This document shows positions 20,601 to 24,000 of a stretch of 24,000 nucleotides of DNA, piece by piece. Position 1 is the stretch's first letter. Each line of letters opens with the position of its first letter. Position numbers and translations under genes: made by a program. Origin of the DNA: Blastocatellia bacterium (lineage in GTDB: Bacteria > Acidobacteriota > Blastocatellia > UBA7656); assembly GCA_035275065.1 (NCBI GenBank), contig DATENM010000145.1, positions 89,851 to 113,850 of the forward strand, written 5' to 3'. The notes beneath the pieces were generated by a model, which worked only from the letters and a program-made list of their open reading frames with translations, made no database searches and had not been told where the DNA came from.

Positions 20601-22517
20601 GTGAGTTTCGTCAACTATGCGACGCGGCGCAAGAACAGTGATGGCGATGTCAGCGGCCTCGATCCGCTGGTGCGCGAGATCGCGAATCGAGCGCGCGGCG
20701 ACGCCAGGCTCACTGGTGACGTGGCGACTTTCTTCCACACCACGATGACCGAGCTTGGCGAGAATACCTCGATTGGCGAGTTGCTGATCGGTGAGAACCT
20801 GTTGCCCGAATCGGCGCTGGCCAGCATCTATCGCGCCGTCCATCAACGCTTGAGCGATCATGCGGCGGCGACGTTTGGCACCAGTGGTTATGAGACCGGC
20901 GAAGCGTCGCGGGCGCTCGGCGACTTCCGCCGCCAGTTCATCGATTACATGATTCGCAACCGCCAGTTCGACGAAGCGCGGCTGCTGGTGGCGACGATTA
21001 AGCATGAGCTGTCTGACGCACGGCTGGCGCTCAAGGCGCAGGGCGGCGACGACAGCGGCCCGACCGATGCAGAGACGCGTTACAACTGGGTGCCGCTGGC
21101 ATCGGCGCTGATCGAGCTGCGCGCCGGCAAAGATGCCGCCAAAGCCATTGCCGAGCTGCGGATGTATTGCGGGCTGGACAGCGCCGAGGGCAAGCCGTCG
21201 GGAGTTGAGCAAGAAGACGGCAGTCGCGTTCACGGCGAATGTATTAACGCTTACAATCTGCTGCTCGCCGAAGGCCGCGAAGCCGACGCCGATGCGTTGC
21301 TCTATGACGCTTATCGCGTGGCGGCGCGGTCGCGGGCGATTGACGAAGGCAGCCTCGCGGGGCTGGCCGAAATCGAAGCGCGCCGTAATCACCCGGAAGA
21401 GGCGTCGCGCTGGCTGCGCTTGCTGGTCGAGCGTTCAACCGACAACCTGCGCGCCCTGCAACTGGCCGCCGAAACCGCCGCCCGCATCGCGCATTACAAT
21501 GAAGCGATTGATTTCCGCGAGCAACTGGCGCGTGCCAATCCTGACGACGCGACCAACCGGCTAGAGCTGGCGCGGGCGATTGCCGCTTCCGGCAAGCCCG
21601 CTGATGCGCTCGAACGGATTGCGGCCTTAATTACAGAACGCGCGACGCCGAACCGCATCCGAGCGCAGGCCGCCGAAACCGTGGCCGACCTGGTTCGCGC
21701 TGACCGCTCGCTCGCTTCGCGTGCCGCATCGCTCTTTGAGCAGAAAGCCGCGCAGGGCGACGCCGGCGCATTGCTGGCGAGTGCAGCGGCGAGCGAAGCG
21801 GCGGGCAACGCCGGCGAAGCGCGCGCCGCGCTTTCGCGCATCACCGCGGGGTCGCTGGCGGCGGTGGCGCAACTGAAGCTCGGCGTCATCGCGCTTGCCG
21901 CGAACAATCAGCCAGAGGCGACGGCGAGCTTCGAGCGCGCGCTCTACCTGGACGCCGATGGCGAAGTCACCGAATCGGTGACCTACGCGATGGCCGGCCC
22001 GCGCGCCCAACTGATCGCGCTCTACAGCCGCGCCTCGCGCGACCTGGCGGCGGTGCGGCTTGCCGAAGAGGGCGGTGATTCAGGCAGCGAGCAGGACAAG
22101 CGCGCGCTGCTTAGCACAGCCGTTCGCCGGGCGCTCACCGCAGAGAATCAGCAGGCGAATAATGCAGAGGTCGAAGTTTCGTTCCAGCCGTCAATGGACG
22201 TGGCGCGGGCGCGCAGCAAAGGCTTGCGCACCATCGCCGAGCTGAACGACGCGGCGGTCGCACGGCTGCGGGTTGATCTGGTCGCGGCGCTCGTCGAATC
22301 GGCGGCGCGGCTCGGACAGTTGGATCGCGCCATCGCGCTCGAACGGCTGCGCGCCATCGAAGCGCGCAAGCCTGAGGAGAAGACCGCGATTGAAAAACGG
22401 CTCGCCGAGCTGCTGGCCGCCGAACAGGCACGGCAGGCGCGCGGCGCGCAGCTCTTGCGCATCGATCAGCAGAACACGTCGGGCGCGATCTTCACCGCGC
22501 GGGTGATCGGAAGATAG
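14685..22517 (+). CDS. Giant (2610 aa) exported TPR-like alpha-solenoid repeat protein
   Basis: Single uninterrupted 7.8-kb ORF with consistent GC3-rich codon usage. N-terminal signal or anchor (RKRIFLTVAIVLSVASLAVATLFAQRAA). Low-complexity linker, then dozens of TPR-like helix pairs (e.g. YRIKAGEAYAELGDFKRAGAEWNKLTQLEP; AYRMGAVYEGKGDIDAAIAEYVKVL; WQVVLGRVYERRGNLAGATEQYRNAVTNEP; LELARAIAASGKPADALERIAAL). Acidic disordered insert around 16541-16650. Start is GTG 14685 or ATG 14691 (AGGTG just upstream). Confidence 0.9.
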   Translation: MLMRKRIFLTVAIVLSVASLAVATLFAQRAAQRAKTSTPNAAGGQATAKGKPPANRNQSAATAPLRQPDPNRAPQAAVDEALYTKEEFFGTQASVARPYAPALERVGTLLVQYPKDARLHLHAARLSERLGQFDKAATEMAQYADLRRRSPDALRRLAVFYHNRARFADEVKTLVELGKALPVTERAPIYKQAAGIVRAYSLKEYKPADFFAELVAADPSNIQPVKDYVEELQLAENRKEALEVLTTFQPKFAGQLAYFLKTRAAILEAQGDRRAAEQVYDAAFDPTWPRAISGDYYELLRRFGRYRAVRRGLQERARTASDLNTVARLFSIYSYEGNFEPASRLLRDLEARRAGRASSRPATTGGNAQPAAVSASWNGRELETVAALFASVGDFDQASRYLYTLYLTGGLQPGSASREEALHRLFRVMLDAAGTPTRVAAGDLSLYKDVAQVDAHPGFMNGVLSLILSGTNPASEYATQEKAAASYFNRAFAYRIFTAFKQEYAQSKYLADMYLGVTEVFAGLGEHRLAIEAGREFQQLYPTSPHYTDVSLRIADAYVALKDRAGERAVLNDLLDRLARSRPKGRPLIATTAKRWTYGISPAFDKLVDRIRYNIEAYSDTYDPTEDSSATSSNEGDSDVDADEPTNFGDESDKRGPTYSSVLERYVASLAADEKKTETVTFFWNEIRKHPGEEGLYERFLRWLGSAELVNEQLKAYNTAIRQFDSNTWYHRLARWYVRQKRGRELQRYSRQLISIFDEEDITEYLLRFAGYGASAAGDSLNWDQKLAFDLYSYAHQRFPQNLFFVRGMLTYLANNKEVGPWAQLSAQYYFADRSIREPFLAYLSSNNQLRDRYQKARSQESGVRSQNTGATVTTYHVFAADAALWLSHHDEAIDAYRQLTALYPGEPQYADRLADLTRSFGQRSDKLYEESAQVLSHMAEIYPSEHSYRIKAGEAYAELGDFKRAGAEWNKLTQLEPGERNTYLEVATVFWDYYQFDDALRVFKELRSQTGDPTIYAYRMGAVYEGKGDIDAAIAEYVKVLPEPGDGRSTVAKRLAQLSRRAGLADKIAAAYNQARTAKPDDWQLVIGYALYNAERDHQAEALAGLRTEVSRSSNVEFLESVRDLFQYILRPEDEQQVIARLTQVARDEREAMTYRLQLAAFLERHNQVDEAIKNIDKLVADYPTNVGVVEEASQFYWRAGLLDRALDLYKRTLARAQGPNRRLLTLQYARRLSEANKLTDAEATLRAFYNENRSDTEVFSELARTLGAENKMNDLAALYQDAFKDVKESGLTGDDAKAQVADLRAGLIRTYTALGKFNEAVDQHIEIINLFPEDAERLATAYEYAEAHNLLDRLTAYYEKLTKESYKNYRWQVVLGRVYERRGNLAGATEQYRNAVTNEPERTDFRLTLANLLTRQRRYDDAITVLREGWQLAGRDPSWLTEVARIQVLQGKRDDAVQTLRQALASKKETKVADQIVVAQRLASWGLYAEAVRIYETALAAYPKVMKDEYLGGDAISGYVQALVRTQPAGQVYQKLARMRSQYAAIGSNSSDTDSYRAKNVVQYIDSALRTDFARGVIDYAGSQDAAAVAQALTAETAKLTAYTDADELRRYLGIARSANLVEVEERLQTRLKDVAYEGRPKNAPQPTTQDTSYYSELRALVAFYDRHAAYAKAAEVIAGELKRDPYKDRFDYQNQIATQYRLAGDTTRELESLRAAYQSASGAEVTTNTDWVERYLTLLYAANQRDELERIAAADSPYQLQLVNFLIEKNDKALARRAINSAARSVAWKASRSGEVGLFMRDTSAETEGFFKRALDIKSIGDMLNRKVDGNQTLVGDDWFVAARNYGYWLGLTPQRGKESLDFIAGEIEGHPSSEKAQLELAAYYLDHKDLTRAAAHTELAAELAPASTDVIIARGLLAMARGDRKAASEQWGRLLSGRVSVADAQTYLKLMADNNMLREALPPLQNFIVSFVNYATRRKNSDGDVSGLDPLVREIANRARGDARLTGDVATFFHTTMTELGENTSIGELLIGENLLPESALASIYRAVHQRLSDHAAATFGTSGYETGEASRALGDFRRQFIDYMIRNRQFDEARLLVATIKHELSDARLALKAQGGDDSGPTDAETRYNWVPLASALIELRAGKDAAKAIAELRMYCGLDSAEGKPSGVEQEDGSRVHGECINAYNLLLAEGREADADALLYDAYRVAARSRAIDEGSLAGLAEIEARRNHPEEASRWLRLLVERSTDNLRALQLAAETAARIAHYNEAIDFREQLARANPDDATNRLELARAIAASGKPADALERIAALITERATPNRIRAQAAETVADLVRADRSLASRAASLFEQKAAQGDAGALLASAAASEAAGNAGEARAALSRITAGSLAAVAQLKLGVIALAANNQPEATASFERALYLDADGEVTESVTYAMAGPRAQLIALYSRASRDLAAVRLAEEGGDSGSEQDKRALLSTAVRRALTAENQQANNAEVEVSFQPSMDVARARSKGLRTIAELNDAAVARLRVDLVAALVESAARLGQLDRAIALERLRAIEARKPEEKTAIEKRLAELLAAEQARQARGAQLLRIDQQNTSGAIFTARVIGR
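17255..17288 (+). repeat. Tandem heptanucleotide repeat (AGTCAGG)x3 + AGTCAGA inside the giant CDS
   Basis: cagaAGTCAGGAGTCAGGAGTCAGGAGTCAGAat; repeat core 17259-17286 (28 nt), translated in frame as RSQESGVRSQN. The flanks CAGA... and ...AGTCAGAAT are identical to the reverse complement of 3566-3585, which has 2 units instead of 4. Confidence 0.9.
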
Positions 22518-22529
22518 AAGGTGATAGTT

Positions 22530-24000
22530 ATGAAAACCACAAGAGCGTTTGTCGTTCTCGTCCTTGTCATTGCGGCGCTGTGGCACGCGTCAGACGGCCA
22601 GCCGCAGCGGCCCCTTGCCGATCAACTGCGATTGGCCGGGGCGCTGCCGCGCGGCGCGCTCGTTTATGTGCAGGCGCGCGACCTGTCGGCGTTGATGAAG
22701 GCGTGGATGGCTTCGACCGTGCGCAACAAGTTTTACGCCAGCCCGAGCTACACCGCCTTCTCGAAGTCGCGCGTCTTTTTGAAATTCCAAGACCGTCGCG
22801 GCGACTTTGAAAAGGCGCTCGGCTTCGGCATTGACGAAGACCGGCTGACGGAGCTAGCGGGCGGCGCGTCGGCAGTGGCGGTCTATGACATCGGCAAGCT
22901 CGACATGGCCTTTGTCACCGAACTGCCGCGCGAGCGGGCGCTGCTGACCACGATGTTCAAAAGGCTGCCGCAGTTTCAGGAGCGCAATGCCGACGGCGGC
23001 ATCTACTACGCCAAGGACGTGCAGACCGACGGCGGCAGGCTCAGCCAGCAATTCTGTTTTGCGCACGTCGGCGGCAAGTTGATCGTGACGACGAGCGAAG
23101 GCTTGATGATCCGCGCCCTCGCCGCGGTCAAGACCAACGGCGCGGATTCGCTGCTCGGCGACGTGATGGCGCTGGCCGAGCAGGCCAAAGGTTTCGCCAC
23201 GCACGACCTGACGATCTGGCTCGATCAGGCGCGCTTGAACCGCGACCGCCTGTTCAACAGCTACTGGATTCATCAGAACGTCGGCAAAGAGTTGAACGGC
23301 ATCGAAAGCGGCTTGCTCGACCTGCGCATCACGGCGCAAGGGTTGACCGAGCAGCGTTACTTCAAGTTGGCGGCCGGGGGCCGGGGGCCGGGGGCCGGTT
23401 CGCAGGCCGATGGTGAAGCGGGCTCGTTGAAAGGCAGTGACGCGGCGGCGCTGTTGAAGTTCGCGCCCGCCGACGCCCAGCTCGCAGAGATTCATCCACA
23501 GGTCAAAGCCGAAGACCTGGCCGATACCGTGACCAGTGCGCTGTTCGGCCACCTGCCGACCGCCGAACCGACGCGGCCCGATGTGTCGCGCCCGTCTTCC
23601 TCGGATGACGACAGCGGCGGGCGCACAGAGCGTTACAGCCAGCTCGATGCGCGCTTTGACGTCGACGTTGACGACGAGCAAGCGCCGCCGCGCGGCAACG
23701 CGCCGGCTCGCAAAGGCAAGGCAGAGGCCGCGCCGCAGACCGGGCCGACTTCGTTCGTCGCCGCGATGACCAGGCTCGCGCCGGTGGCGGTATGCGAGCT
23801 GACGCGCTCGAAAGCCGATCCCGACCGGCCATTCGTTCACTTCGAGCGCGCCGTGGTTGTTGAGATGAAGAGCGAAGCGGCGATAGACCGCGCGGCGCTC
23901 GAACGCGCCATCGTCGAAGAGATGCGGGCGCGTTTCGTCGTCGCCGGCGTAGACCCGCGCTTCACCTGGCAGGATGACGCTGGCGTCCGCGTGCTCGGCC
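22530..24000 (+). CDS. Secreted protein of unknown function, DUF3352-like (partial; runs off the window end)
   Basis: Not in the ORF track because no stop falls in the window. Hand translation from ATG 22530 gives 490 codons with no stop. AAGGTGA SD (22518-22524) lies 5 nt upstream, directly after the giant gene's TAG (22515-22517). Signal peptide MKTTRAFVVLVLVIAALWHA|SD. The mature N-terminus (LPRGALVYVQARDLSALMKAW ... LAGGASAVAVYDIG) parallels the 7105 product. Codon usage is typical of the window. Confidence 0.8.
   Translation, partial: MKTTRAFVVLVLVIAALWHASDGQPQRPLADQLRLAGALPRGALVYVQARDLSALMKAWMASTVRNKFYASPSYTAFSKSRVFLKFQDRRGDFEKALGFGIDEDRLTELAGGASAVAVYDIGKLDMAFVTELPRERALLTTMFKRLPQFQERNADGGIYYAKDVQTDGGRLSQQFCFAHVGGKLIVTTSEGLMIRALAAVKTNGADSLLGDVMALAEQAKGFATHDLTIWLDQARLNRDRLFNSYWIHQNVGKELNGIESGLLDLRITAQGLTEQRYFKLAAGGRGPGAGSQADGEAGSLKGSDAAALLKFAPADAQLAEIHPQVKAEDLADTVTSALFGHLPTAEPTRPDVSRPSSSDDDSGGRTERYSQLDARFDVDVDDEQAPPRGNAPARKGKAEAAPQTGPTSFVAAMTRLAPVAVCELTRSKADPDRPFVHFERAVVVEMKSEAAIDRAALERAIVEEMRARFVVAGVDPRFTWQDDAGVRVLG
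23372..23398 (+). repeat. Tandem heptanucleotide repeat (GGCCGGG)x~3.9 inside the CDS
   Basis: ggccggg ggccggg ggccggg ggccgg, perfect, 27 nt, encoding GGRGPGAG within a Gly/Ala-rich linker. Contains three G5 runs separated by CC. Confidence 0.85.

Overview
GC-rich bacterial chromosomal segment, with Gram-negative-type envelope genes and strong GC3 bias that produces many long spurious antisense ORFs. I support 11 protein-coding genes and found no rRNA, tRNA, CRISPR array, transposase or integrase. Left to right: (1) a HlyD/MacA-type efflux adaptor (-); (2) a zinc-ribbon / degenerate-kinase / PP2C phosphatase fusion (+); (3) a heptanucleotide-repeat hairpin and a structured ~350-bp non-coding region; (4) a small hypothetical ORF and the primary sigma factor rpoD (+), ended by a textbook bidirectional terminator shared with (5) a convergent zinc-ribbon protein of unknown function (-); (6) a membrane-anchored DUF3352-like protein (+); (7) pgsA (-). 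From 10.07 kb to the window edge runs a same-strand, tightly spaced block of four exported or anchored proteins: a 14-blade double beta-propeller, a VIT+VWA protein with an intact MIDAS motif, a 2610-aa all-helical TPR-like giant (7.8 kb, one third of the window) and a second DUF3352-like protein. This block has no recognisable enzyme, ATPase or transporter and is my best candidate for an undescribed envelope or cell-surface system. Two different perfect heptanucleotide tandem repeats lie inside two adjacent genes of this block. One of them belongs to the same repeat family as the intergenic hairpin at 3.5 kb. All functional calls come from reading motifs by eye; no database search was possible.
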